A stretch of DNA of 64,000 nucleotides from a virus. The DNA lies in the IMG/VR virus record IMGVR_UViG_3300028873_000014, positions 36,172-100,171 of that record. One strand, written 5' to 3'. Numbering within the stretch: position 1 is the stretch's first letter; the number at the start of each line of letters is the position of its first letter. The notes beneath the pieces are model-generated. The model was not told where the DNA came from, ran no database searches, and saw nothing but the letters and a program-made list of their open reading frames with translations. Below are positions 41,019 through 50,272 of the stretch, piece after piece. Made by a program: the position numbers and the translations under genes.

Positions 41019-42397
41019 AAATGTTCTTTATACCAATGATCGCCTAAGTTAGAAAATACCGAAAATCTTGTCATACCTGTACCGATGTTACTTTCGTTAT
41101 CCCTTTGTATCACACACCCCGGGTTGAAAGCATATGTGTATAGTTGTGGCTGTAGTAATATCATAGTCCAGTCTATACCCATAGAACGGTACATGTTCTG
41201 GTCAAGAGAATCCAGGATATGAGCTAATCTGTCCTTGTTTACTATATATGCATATGTACTCCAGCAACCATAGGTACGAACTATCAGGGGGTCATCTGTT
41301 GGTTCCCAATCACAGTCTTTATCGCATCCGCACATTAACAGATCAGCATGGGTGTGTTTACCATTTTCTCTTTTGTGCCAGGTAGGTTCTTTATGGTATG
41401 TCCCCCCTAACCACATAATATCCCACTGGTGGTCAGTAAGAAATTCTTCCATGTGCCGTAGTCTATCTTGTATATCATCACAGAAGATTAGGTCATCTTC
41501 CATTACAAAAGCATGTTTTCCTTGTTCTAAAGCCTTCTTCATGATCTCTACCTGACTTTCCCAACAACCAGTAGCACCTTTGGTCCTGTTCCACATAACC
41601 GCTATCTCATCCCATCTTCTTCTTTCCCTAACCTCATCTGGTAAAAAACCTCTTTGTCTTTCTGCAGATATACCGGCCTTAACTAACTGATCTTCCATAA
41701 GTACTTTCCGGTCAGGTCTGTTATCCAGGTTCACATAACTTGTGTACGTAGTCTCGGGAGTAAGTGTTAGCAACTCCCATTTGTGAAAAGCAAAAGTTTC
41801 CAGTTTCTTCTGTTCAGGAGTGTTGTTCTCTTTAGAGAAATACTTAGCTATTTCTAAAGGGGCAAATGTCATACCTGCTCCCAGGAAATATGGACGGTAA
41901 TGTGCAGTAATTTGTGTGTCTTCATTATAAGAACCATTGTATTCTTTCCAGGGGAGATTTAACTTACTTGGTAACTCTAGTAATCTTTTACTCCGGACAG
42001 ATACAGAATTACCCACTCTAACCTCTTCACCATAGATATCGAAGATAGTATTAGGTAAAAAGGGTGCGCCACAATAGTCATAGTTTAGAAACTCATCTTT
42101 CCAAAGATCAGGTCTGATAACATATCCATCAGGATGAATTAAAAGTACAAATTCTGTATCTATATACTTGTGTAGGTCATAGAAGATAAACTTGTTCCAA
42201 TCATCTATATGTCTGAAAATAGTTCCAATGTTAACAATACTAATACCATTATCTTCTTCAAAAGTGGCTCCTACACTTGTAAGTAACTTAACCTCACCAA
42301 ATTTAATACCTACAGAACTTTTTATAAGAGCATCTACAGCACCAGTTATATCGTTAGTACTTACACAAATAAGAGTAACGTTAGGCAAACTTTTCAT
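41015..42397 (-). CDS. DUF5672-like + GT25 glycosyltransferase fusion
   Basis: N-terminal HPDGYV...YDYCGAP...VGN...RSKRL...NED; C-terminal VNLDNRPDR, GCWESQ, VMEDD and STYAYIV. Confidence 0.8.
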   Translation of the reverse strand: MKSLPNVTLICVSTNDITGAVDALIKSSVGIKFGEVKLLTSVGATFEEDNGISIVNIGTIFRHIDDWNKFIFYDLHKYIDTEFVLLIHPDGYVIRPDLWKDEFLNYDYCGAPFLPNTIFDIYGEEVRVGNSVSVRSKRLLELPSKLNLPWKEYNGSYNEDTQITAHYRPYFLGAGMTFAPLEIAKYFSKENNTPEQKKLETFAFHKWELLTLTPETTYTSYVNLDNRPDRKVLMEDQLVKAGISAERQRGFLPDEVRERRRWDEIAVMWNRTKGATGCWESQVEIMKKALEQGKHAFVMEDDLIFCDDIQDRLRHMEEFLTDHQWDIMWLGGTYHKEPTWHKRENGKHTHADLLMCGCDKDCDWEPTDDPLIVRTYGCWSTYAYIVNKDRLAHILDSLDQNMYRSMGIDWTMILLQPQLYTYAFNPGCVIQRDNESNIGTGMTRFSVFSNLGDHWYKEHL

Positions 42398-43176
42398 TAG
42401 AAATCTAGTTGGATAAATGAAGAATGTATAAAGTTAGCATTAGCTCCTGAAAATACATAATCTTTTGGAGGTATTATTATTTGTTTATTGGGGTTACGAT
42501 TGAGATAAGCTGCAACAAATCCGAAAGTAGAGTAGCACAATATCTGGTGTTCACACCCCGAGAGTGAAATAAGATCGTCTAGTTCGCTGGTGGCATTTGA
42601 GAATAATAAGTTTATATCTTTTGGTAAAAGATGAGTCAGGTTCTCTTCGCACCATTTCATATCATCACTGAAGACAATGAAATCTTCATATCCTTTATCT
42701 GCAAAGTATCTGATAGCTTTTCTATAATACTCGATAGGTATCTCAGGATGTTTATCTGTAAGTTGAAGAAAATCCCCGCGACGAAAGTGTAGTCCTACAC
42801 ATCCTTCTTTCTTCTGATAAGGTAAGTTGAACTTCTCTAAAATGTAGTCACGTTCCGAATCAAAGTATTCAAAACTCTGCCAATAACCTATAAACTTAGT
42901 ATTATCCATACGAGGGATATCCTGGTATGAAGGAGTATTGTAGGTAAATGTACCGTCCCCTTTAGGAGTAGCATGTGTAGTAAGTTCGTGGTACTCTGCA
43001 AAACCTGGTAACTCAGGCCCATTTGCCATTGAGGGGAAGTACATCTTTCTACCATCACAATGATATGCCACATCAGGTATATAGTATTCAAGGTTATTCT
43101 TTTTAGCATATGCTAACATATGAGAAATAATGTAGAATTGATTTCCTGCGCGGCCTTGAAGTGTTGTAGTGATCAT
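42397..43176 (-). CDS. GT11 alpha-1,2-fucosyltransferase-like protein
   Basis: GRAGNQ, GYWQS, HFRRGDF, VFSDD..WC and STF motifs. Confidence 0.88.
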   Translation of the reverse strand: MITTTLQGRAGNQFYIISHMLAYAKKNNLEYYIPDVAYHCDGRKMYFPSMANGPELPGFAEYHELTTHATPKGDGTFTYNTPSYQDIPRMDNTKFIGYWQSFEYFDSERDYILEKFNLPYQKKEGCVGLHFRRGDFLQLTDKHPEIPIEYYRKAIRYFADKGYEDFIVFSDDMKWCEENLTHLLPKDINLLFSNATSELDDLISLSGCEHQILCYSTFGFVAAYLNRNPNKQIIIPPKDYVFSGANANFIHSSFIQLDF

Positions 43177-43895
43177 AAGTTAGCAATTTTATCTATTATC
43201 GATTGATGAAAACCCGATGGTGTTTTATGCACATTAGTAGTATAGTGGGATGCATGACCTACCCTATGTTCATATTCTAACCCCGGCACAAAGTAATACT
43301 TATTTCCCTGTTCTAATAATCTGTAGGCTAAATAGATAGAATCACTTGTTACGGGAATAATATCCGGGTTAAACGCGTTAAGGTAAGTATTCTTGTTTAT
43401 AAAGAAGTTCATTGCGTTAAGCGCAGTAGTGAACTTATCATCTTGTATATAATCTTTAGCGTTTGCTTTATCAATAAACTTCCCCGCAAGGTGAGTAAAA
43501 TTAAAATGGGGTTTAGCAAATACTGGTTGATAGATAGTATCTTCCTCCCATCTGGGAATAGAGAAGAGAGCATCTAGGTAATCTATTCCTATGATATTAT
43601 CACTATCAAGAAGTATACACCAGTCATTAGTAGCATGAGAAATGGCTATCTGTTTATTCTTGTAACAGTCCTGGTTAGCATCATTCCTAAACAACTTGAT
43701 CTTGTTCTGTTGACTATCTGAACAAAATCCCCACCATGTCCAAAACTGTCCCCATGAACCGTCAGTACTGCAGTCATCGACTATAACTATCTCATCAACT
43801 CTTACATCATCTACTACCTGAGCAAATGATTCTAAGGTCATCTCGTAACGATTGTATGTCGGAATTACAATAGATAAAGTCCTTGTGTTATCCAT
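43173..43895 (-). CDS. GT2 glycosyltransferase
   Basis: SIVIPTYNR, IVDDCSTDGS and LLDSD motifs. Confidence 0.88.
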   Translation of the reverse strand: MDNTRTLSIVIPTYNRYEMTLESFAQVVDDVRVDEIVIVDDCSTDGSWGQFWTWWGFCSDSQQNKIKLFRNDANQDCYKNKQIAISHATNDWCILLDSDNIIGIDYLDALFSIPRWEEDTIYQPVFAKPHFNFTHLAGKFIDKANAKDYIQDDKFTTALNAMNFFINKNTYLNAFNPDIIPVTSDSIYLAYRLLEQGNKYYFVPGLEYEHRVGHASHYTTNVHKTPSGFHQSIIDKIANL

Positions 43896-44526
43896 TTGTT
43901 CTAACTTTTATGTGTGTATAGTTACTATCTTTTTCAATAGACATAATATCGTACATATTTGTAATAGTACTTAGTCCTTCTGTAAAATCTCTCCCTGCAG
44001 CAAGTACCCGTAAGTTGTGTTGATACTCATCTTCTCTCTTTGGTCTTGGGTGAGCAAAACATTCAAACCTGCCATTCTTAGTAGATGGTGTAATACCTTT
44101 CTTTATAAAAGATCGGTATAGTAAATCATCTTCTCCCCCATACCCCTTAAACAGGTTAGAAAATCCGTTCACTAGCTGGTAATGTTCTTTAGATAATATA
44201 ACTACCCCCCCAAAGAAAGTAGGGTAGGTTAACCTGTAGTCAAATTGAGATGATTCCCCCGCGATCATAGTAGGTACAGGGCAATAGGAATAGTCTACCT
44301 TCCCCACTACAGGTATGAAATCAACATCATGTAGTATTAAGTACTTATGGTCTTTAGCAAGTAATTCGTAACCAATATTAAAGAGCAATCCTTTGTTCCA
44401 GGGAGAATTACCAATATCTTCTATAACAGCTATGTGCATACCGGGGTAATGTTTCTGTACATGGAGTAAGAAACAAGATAAATGTGTAGGGCGATTCCTA
44501 TAAGCTACTAATACTAGTGGGGACAT
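43888..44526 (-). CDS. GT7 beta-1,4-galactosyltransferase-like protein
   Basis: AYRNR, WNKGLLFNIG, HDVD, FGGV and NGFSNLFKGYGGEDD motifs. Confidence 0.9.
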   Translation of the reverse strand: MSPLVLVAYRNRPTHLSCFLLHVQKHYPGMHIAVIEDIGNSPWNKGLLFNIGYELLAKDHKYLILHDVDFIPVVGKVDYSYCPVPTMIAGESSQFDYRLTYPTFFGGVVILSKEHYQLVNGFSNLFKGYGGEDDLLYRSFIKKGITPSTKNGRFECFAHPRPKREDEYQHNLRVLAAGRDFTEGLSTITNMYDIMSIEKDSNYTHIKVRTNG

Positions 44527-45187
44527 GTTTTTGAGATAACCAGTTTAAGTAATGTTGTTTAGTAGTAGCAATCTTTGGGTCAGCATGGTCAAAATAATAC
44601 TTCTCTTCTTCTGTAAGATTAGTCCAGTCACTATACCAGTCAAGATGAGTAATAGGGTAATCAGCTAGTCTTATAGCATTATACTGAAAAGGTAATTCCG
44701 GTTTAACTATACAGAAGGTAGTATCTACAGGAGCAGAAAAAATGTTGTGTCTGGGGTGAGGTATCTTAGTTAACCAGTATTTACGCTCAATAGGTTCTAT
44801 GATAGGTTTAAGAATAGGGTTAGTAATATTACTAAACCTTATGGCAAGACCTACTTTGTTCTCTCTGGTGTACTTACCTAGTTCTATCATCTCTTTTATA
44901 AAACCTGCAGGTGTATCAGGGTCAAGAGCAATATCACTATCTGTAACTACTACCCAGGGAGAAGAAAAGTTTTTTATGAAACTATTCTCCCATATACCTT
45001 TATGACCAATGTTATTAAAATAGTGCACCATCTTTTCATTCTCCCTATACCATTCTAGTAATGGGGGGTACGTACTACCAAGATCGATTATGTGAATACC
45101 TTCTCCATACCCTAACTCTACTAACTTTTTACAGAGAGCTTTTGTACAAGTTAATCGATCACGATTGAGAATCAGAATAGGTATCAT
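44498..45187 (-). CDS. GT2-like (GT-A) glycosyltransferase
   Basis: ILNRDR, IIDLGSTYPPLL, VTDSD and APVDTTF motifs. Confidence 0.75.
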   Translation of the reverse strand: MIPILILNRDRLTCTKALCKKLVELGYGEGIHIIDLGSTYPPLLEWYRENEKMVHYFNNIGHKGIWENSFIKNFSSPWVVVTDSDIALDPDTPAGFIKEMIELGKYTRENKVGLAIRFSNITNPILKPIIEPIERKYWLTKIPHPRHNIFSAPVDTTFCIVKPELPFQYNAIRLADYPITHLDWYSDWTNLTEEEKYYFDHADPKIATTKQHYLNWLSQKHVPTSISSL

Positions 45188-45190
45188 AAA

Positions 45191-45763
45191 TTAGTTATGT
45201 ATAGTTAATACCCCGTTTATCTTTTTAATATTCTTAAGCAATCCTGATCGTAAACAATCCTGAATGAATAACCAATCACTACAATATTCAGTAGGATAAT
45301 TAATACCAATTTCTTTAGCTATAGAGGTCTTTATACAGAAATTCCCCCAGTCTAGTTTTGACCATTCTAACTTACTATCCAGTACCTGACAAGGCCCCAC
45401 GAGATGGTTAATGCTGTTCCAGAGTACTAAGTCGGGTTCTTCTACTAATACTCTTTGTATATATTCTACTGCCTGGGATAAAAAATAATCCTGAATACTT
45501 GTCTGAAGGATATAGTCGGTAGTGCAATCTTCTATAGCCTTTTGTCTATTATGTGCCCCCCAACAGTTAGTATTAACCGGAGATTCCATATACCTAATAT
45601 TCTGAAGTCCTAGAAACTCATCTCCCATATCTCTTTCAGAAGGACCATTATGAAATACTATAGCTTCAAAGTCTTGACAAGTTTGGTTAAGCATTGAAGG
45701 TACAAAAATACATTCTTGCCATTTCTCATTAAATGCTGTAGCAACTATAGTTAGTGTTTTCAT
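45191..45763 (-). CDS. GT2-like (GT-A) glycosyltransferase, divergent DxD
   Basis: SMLNQT..DFE...HNG, WGAHNRQ, TSIQDY and SDWLFI motifs. Confidence 0.65.
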   Translation of the reverse strand: MKTLTIVATAFNEKWQECIFVPSMLNQTCQDFEAIVFHNGPSERDMGDEFLGLQNIRYMESPVNTNCWGAHNRQKAIEDCTTDYILQTSIQDYFLSQAVEYIQRVLVEEPDLVLWNSINHLVGPCQVLDSKLEWSKLDWGNFCIKTSIAKEIGINYPTEYCSDWLFIQDCLRSGLLKNIKKINGVLTIHN

Positions 45764-46311
45764 TCTTCTTCCTTATCTTCTTTACTATTAACATATGTAG
45801 GTAATTGATCATACCTTACCTTAACATTTCCGCGAACCTTAGACTGTTCTTCTTTAAGTATCTCACCAACTTTGTTAAGTATCTCTACATACTCAAGACC
45901 CTGTTTCATAAATCTGTCAATAGCCATTGCGTTACTATCTTTACCTTCTGTTATCTCGGTAATATCTAAATAGTTGGCTATCTTTTCTACCATCTTCTTC
46001 TGTCCTCTCCACATACGAAGTGTAGGAGTTTCATACATGATACGGCATTTCTCTATAGTTTCCAGGATATGCAGATCTTCAGGATAGAACTCAGGTTTGA
46101 GATCAAGTAGTATTACCTCTTCCCTTTTATCTTCCGGAAGTTGTACATATGGGTTCATAGTACTATCCGGACAAGTCATGTAGAAGATATATTTGTATAT
46201 CTCTAAGTAATGCCCCGGAAAGTCATCCATAACTCTTTTCAACCAAGGTATTGCATAACAATGTACCGAGGGCTTAACAGTCTTTTCAGAAACATCAAAT
46301 AGGTTAATCAT
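45760..46311 (-). CDS. Conserved crAss-like protein usually found near terL (function unknown)
   Basis: YIFYMTCP...NP, YETPT and EQSKVRG motifs recalled from crAss-like genomes. Confidence 0.55.
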   Translation of the reverse strand: MINLFDVSEKTVKPSVHCYAIPWLKRVMDDFPGHYLEIYKYIFYMTCPDSTMNPYVQLPEDKREEVILLDLKPEFYPEDLHILETIEKCRIMYETPTLRMWRGQKKMVEKIANYLDITEITEGKDSNAMAIDRFMKQGLEYVEILNKVGEILKEEQSKVRGNVKVRYDQLPTYVNSKEDKEEE

Positions 46312-46312
46312 A

Positions 46313-47410
46313 CTAGTTCATTAAACTTTCTAAAACCTGCATACGTACTTTATTCCACTTGGGTAATGAGTATTCTTCTCTTATCCAACTACCCATCTGC
46401 ATACCTCTTTCTTTTGCCCAATCCTTTTCCTTAATAGACTTCCTGATATACTTTAACCAATCATCCTGTGTCTCTACAAAACATACCCCCTCACAAGGAC
46501 GCAAATCACTGTAAGGGCTAACATTACTACAGATAGCGGGGATATCTCTGGTAGCAAGTTCCAGTAGTTTCAACTCACTTATATAGGAGTGCCAACTACT
46601 ATCTGTAAGAGGGACAAGCCCTACATCGGCGTGATCATAATGATGCATATATTCCCATAGAGGAAGAGTAGGTAAAATCTTGTAACTACCTGTATGTGAG
46701 AAGATCAGTTTCATATGATCGTATGGCCCGGTAATGTTCTCTAAGTTAAAATTACTATTATTCTTATCCCTATCTTCTTTAGTATGGAATTTCTTAGCAA
46801 CTGATTTTTCATACCCCGCCAGGATGAACTGTGCGTTGTTCCTGATATACGGATCAGAGCCTATCTTCTTAAACTTACCCTCTAGTAGTTTTACATCAGC
46901 TAAGTGACCTACCCCACCAGCATAAAGGAAAGACATCTTATCAGTAACTATCTTTTCTCCTGGTGCAAATTGACCATCCCCGAAAGGTAGTGCATTTGGT
47001 ATCACTACTGTATTCTTATTAAGCTCTCTTACCTTCTCCTGTAACCGCATAGAAGTACAGATAACTAAGTTGGCTATCTTTATATGTTCTTCAGTAAGTT
47101 TATCATTACCACTACCATTCCATTGTGGGGCGTAGGGATTACCGGGGGGAAGTATCCAATAGTCGTCTATATCTACTACTATTTTCATACCCTGTGCCTG
47201 CAGTTGTTTTAATACTTCTACAGGAGTGGCAATACATTTGTTATAGACAAGTATATCACAGTCGATAAAATGTTCATCCTGCGCTATGAATAACATTTCT
47301 ATAGAATGCTTTGAACTCCATGATGGGTCTTTACCCATGTAGCTAAAAGGGAGAATGATCCTATGATATTCACATCCGCTTTTGTCTCTAACAACTAACT
47401 GTATCTTCAT
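46313..47410 (-). CDS. GT-B (GT4-like) glycosyltransferase
   Basis: GCEYHRI, VVDIDDYW, VVIPNA, DVGLVPL and SELKLLE...IPAICS motifs. Confidence 0.82.
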   Translation of the reverse strand: MKIQLVVRDKSGCEYHRIILPFSYMGKDPSWSSKHSIEMLFIAQDEHFIDCDILVYNKCIATPVEVLKQLQAQGMKIVVDIDDYWILPPGNPYAPQWNGSGNDKLTEEHIKIANLVICTSMRLQEKVRELNKNTVVIPNALPFGDGQFAPGEKIVTDKMSFLYAGGVGHLADVKLLEGKFKKIGSDPYIRNNAQFILAGYEKSVAKKFHTKEDRDKNNSNFNLENITGPYDHMKLIFSHTGSYKILPTLPLWEYMHHYDHADVGLVPLTDSSWHSYISELKLLELATRDIPAICSNVSPYSDLRPCEGVCFVETQDDWLKYIRKSIKEKDWAKERGMQMGSWIREEYSLPKWNKVRMQVLESLMN

Positions 47411-47778
47411 GGTTGTTCTATAAAGTATTTATCGAGTGAGTTATATAATTTCAAACATTCTTTAGCATCTTCAAAGAAATAATAACTAGTATCGGCAACA
47501 CCGTTAAAATCTATAGATACTACATACTTATCTTCAGGGTTATCGTAAAACATTTCCACACTAGTGATATCACTTCTCTTTCTTCTCCAACGGTAATTAC
47601 TTTTCTTTTCTTTCCATTGTATATCTTCCTCTTCTTTGGTGGAATAGTCCGCTACTACTTTGTAGAAGATAAAACGCTCAGATAGAATCAGATATGCTTC
47701 TTTACGAACAATATCCTTTCTTGTAGATAATTCACAAAGAGGAGTATCTATTCTAATATCCAAGGTTGTGTCTGTCAT
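47407..47778 (-). CDS. Hypothetical protein
   Basis: 123 aa, coupled in operon. Confidence 0.6.
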   Translation of the reverse strand: MTDTTLDIRIDTPLCELSTRKDIVRKEAYLILSERFIFYKVVADYSTKEEEDIQWKEKKSNYRWRRKRSDITSVEMFYDNPEDKYVVSIDFNGVADTSYYFFEDAKECLKLYNSLDKYFIEQP

Positions 47779-48605
47779 CAGTGCTTCTTAATAAGTGCTC
47801 TTTTCTTTGGGTCAGATATGTAGTCTATGAGTTTTACCACATCCCCCCGCAAGTAAGGTAGTTCTATAACTTCAATACTTTCTACAACAGGTTCGTTATT
47901 CTCATCTAGGAATGCTATTGGATAATCATACTTATCCTTTCCTGCTTCTACGAATTTTACATGATTGATCCGTAACTTCCCCGGTAGCAAAAGTGGGTTA
48001 TGTTTAAGAATACAATACATATAGATAGATAACTGCAGGGCATAATGATTAAACTGACAGTCTTCAAGATGAGTAAAAGGTTGTAACATCTTTTTCTTAG
48101 TACCTTCCCAGTTGGTAAATCCTTCTCTCTTAATCTCCTTACTGGTCTTATGATCTTCAATAGTCACTATCCCTTTCTCTACCTTAACTATATCACTCTG
48201 TCCGGTAATAGCGGGTCCGGCAAGATATACTAAATGCTCTGGGTAAACCCCGTCTCGTAACCTTTGATCAGGTGCTAACTTAACTCCATCTTCTACGATG
48301 GGAGCAAATACAGTAAGTGTGGTATCTTCCAGTAACTCCTTCTCCTTTTTATTATGATACCAATGACCAAGATCAGTAGCACGTTTACTCTCCTTCTCCC
48401 AGGCCTGTAGAATATCTTCAGGACTAACCTTATACCATTTGTTAGGATAACGAGAACTAGGTACTCTTACAGAAGCCTTTGCTGCTTTCTCTATCTTATT
48501 AAAAGGTTCACAGAAAGCATGTACCAGGGTCGTAACTCCTAACCATTCTCTGTTATCGGAGATGATGGACTCATACCTGTGGTTTTCTGCTATAAATTTT
48601 ACCAT
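47778..48605 (-). CDS. PD-(D/E)XK nuclease (Cas4/RecB-like, crAss conserved)
   Basis: GVTT, LGHWYH, GQSD...IEDHKTS and HYALQLSIY motifs. Confidence 0.85.
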   Translation of the reverse strand: MVKFIAENHRYESIISDNREWLGVTTLVHAFCEPFNKIEKAAKASVRVPSSRYPNKWYKVSPEDILQAWEKESKRATDLGHWYHNKKEKELLEDTTLTVFAPIVEDGVKLAPDQRLRDGVYPEHLVYLAGPAITGQSDIVKVEKGIVTIEDHKTSKEIKREGFTNWEGTKKKMLQPFTHLEDCQFNHYALQLSIYMYCILKHNPLLLPGKLRINHVKFVEAGKDKYDYPIAFLDENNEPVVESIEVIELPYLRGDVVKLIDYISDPKKRALIKKH

Positions 48606-48973
48606 TAGCTTCTATTCTTAAATTGGTTCTGATACGTAACTTCATTGATTTTATTAGCCTGGTCCTGGGTAATTAACTCATCCCAAAGAGGTTCCTGCCC
48701 CATATCCTTAAGTGAACAATGACACTGCATACAAGAAGTTTTCATACCCCCCTCACACCCACATGCTGTACACCCTGGTTTACCGCTAACTACCAGTTTT
48801 TCAGAAGTACCAGTAGCATCCCAATAACCACAACTATTTGCCTCACATATACTAAGTCTTCTTGCTGCTTCTGCCTTAATCTCAGGGTCCATAGAGATGT
48901 ATTCGTTATAGAACCCTTCTAGGATGTGCCCCTTATTCTCCCAGGCTTTCTGTATCTTCTCCTTCAGTGTCAT
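48605..48973 (-). CDS. Cys-rich zinc-binding-like protein (start 48973)
   Basis: RLSICEANSC...CTACGC...KTSCMQCHC. The ORF-track 5' extension overlaps the upstream gene. Confidence 0.65.
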   Translation of the reverse strand: MTLKEKIQKAWENKGHILEGFYNEYISMDPEIKAEAARRLSICEANSCGYWDATGTSEKLVVSGKPGCTACGCEGGMKTSCMQCHCSLKDMGQEPLWDELITQDQANKINEVTYQNQFKNRS

Positions 48974-49370
48974 GATCAGTATTTTTCTTTTGTCTGATAT
49001 ATTCTTTCCGCATCTCTCTGAACAGCTTCTCCCTATCCCATTCTTTATTACGATCTTCTGCCAGTTGTTCCAGTAAGGCCAGTTGTTCTTTCTTCTTGAA
49101 TACAATAACCTCTGCAGTATTCTTATTGAACCTTAACCAATGCCGGAGTTCACCAATCTCGTAATCCAGCTTCTTACTCCTGATCTTAAAGTACCCCATA
49201 CCTGGTACTTCTACACGAAGGTACTTCATACTACTAACCGCTTCACGTAGTTTCTTATAGAAAAAGAGAATGAGCGTCTCTAACTCTTGTTCACTTAATC
49301 CTTTCGGTAACTGATGCTCATTTATTTGATAATAATCATGTATGTGATCTTTTACCTTCTTCGGTATCAT
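48933..49370 (-). CDS. HU/IHF-like DNA-binding protein
   Basis: LRVEVPGMGYFKI resembles the HU motif V.l.GfG.F. Confidence 0.55.
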   Translation of the reverse strand: MIPKKVKDHIHDYYQINEHQLPKGLSEQELETLILFFYKKLREAVSSMKYLRVEVPGMGYFKIRSKKLDYEIGELRHWLRFNKNTAEVIVFKKKEQLALLEQLAEDRNKEWDREKLFREMRKEYIRQKKNTDHDTEGEDTESLGE

Positions 49371-49373
49371 AGT

Positions 49374-49772
49374 TTAGTTATCTATGTATAATCCTTTTAC
49401 ATCTACCATAATATTACCTTCGTTCTGTATCTGCATAGAGGGGTGTAGAAATACTTTCTTAGTTCCCCCGGTACTGGCTTGTTTGACTACCAATTCTTTC
49501 TCCTCAAACAGGTCTATCTTATTACGGGCACTCTGTGTACTTTTAAAAAGACCCATGCTCTTCATCTTCTTACAGACATCCAGTAATTCACTTACCCCCC
49601 ATAGCCCAAGTAATGTCAGGCACCGCAACTCTGTATCATTAACTATCTTTCTTCCTTCTTCGGAGAATACTATACCTTTAGTATGGCAATGAAGTAGTAT
49701 CTGGAAGCTGATGATCTCTTCCTTAGACATTCTACTATTACTTACATACTTCTTTATAGATATCTCACCCAT
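49374..49772 (-). CDS. Winged-helix DNA-binding protein
   Basis: FKSTQSARNKIDLFEEKELV HTH-like pattern. Confidence 0.55.
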   Translation of the reverse strand: MGEISIKKYVSNSRMSKEEIISFQILLHCHTKGIVFSEEGRKIVNDTELRCLTLLGLWGVSELLDVCKKMKSMGLFKSTQSARNKIDLFEEKELVVKQASTGGTKKVFLHPSMQIQNEGNIMVDVKGLYIDN

Positions 49773-50164
49773 TACTTATTTTCTGTTTTCAGAGCTTCTT
49801 CTTTTTCCTGAGTGTTTTTTAGATACTCTTCATGCCCTTGTTTATGCTGAGTTAAAAAGCCAAGTGCCTGCAACTCACGAACCTTTAGTTCTAACCCTAG
49901 TAATCCTGGTATAGCAGAAAGAGGTCTGCGATTTAACAAAGCATTATTCTCCAGTTGTTCTAAAAGAAGTTTATCATACTCTGCCTGTTTGCGCATTAAT
50001 GGAAGGGTCTCATCAAGGAAAGCATCAACCTGTTCTTTACTCATAGGTGTCTGAGTAGGAATATTCATATCACTAACTGGTGGAGGGGGAGTACCTGCTC
50101 CTTTCTTATACTGATCCTCGATACTAACCTTCTCTGTGTCTGGGGTAAACTCTTTTGTTGCCAT
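49772..50164 (-). CDS. Hypothetical protein, first gene after a putative late promoter
   Basis: 130-aa ORF. Confidence 0.6.
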   Translation of the reverse strand: MATKEFTPDTEKVSIEDQYKKGAGTPPPPVSDMNIPTQTPMSKEQVDAFLDETLPLMRKQAEYDKLLLEQLENNALLNRRPLSAIPGLLGLELKVRELQALGFLTQHKQGHEEYLKNTQEKEEALKTENK

Positions 50165-50272
50165 TTGAAATGTGTATTAATTTTTTATATGGTATTATGT
50201 TAAAAATGTTATTACCTTACAAATGTAATATGCATAATTTGAATTTCCTATCTTTACACAAAATATTTTCAA

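Noticed and set aside
38022-47410. Host capsule/LPS locus or chimeric contig
   Set aside because: The genes are interleaved with phage core genes and a phage endonuclease, have similar composition, and lack wzx/wzy/transport genes.
47778-48605. Cas4/CRISPR system
   Set aside because: A solo PD-(D/E)XK nuclease typical of crAss-like phages; no repeat-spacer array or other cas genes were seen.
559-49914. Numerous short plus-strand ORFs within the late region
   Set aside because: They are antisense shadows of long minus-strand genes with no motifs. Only 22461-22910 has independent support in this span.
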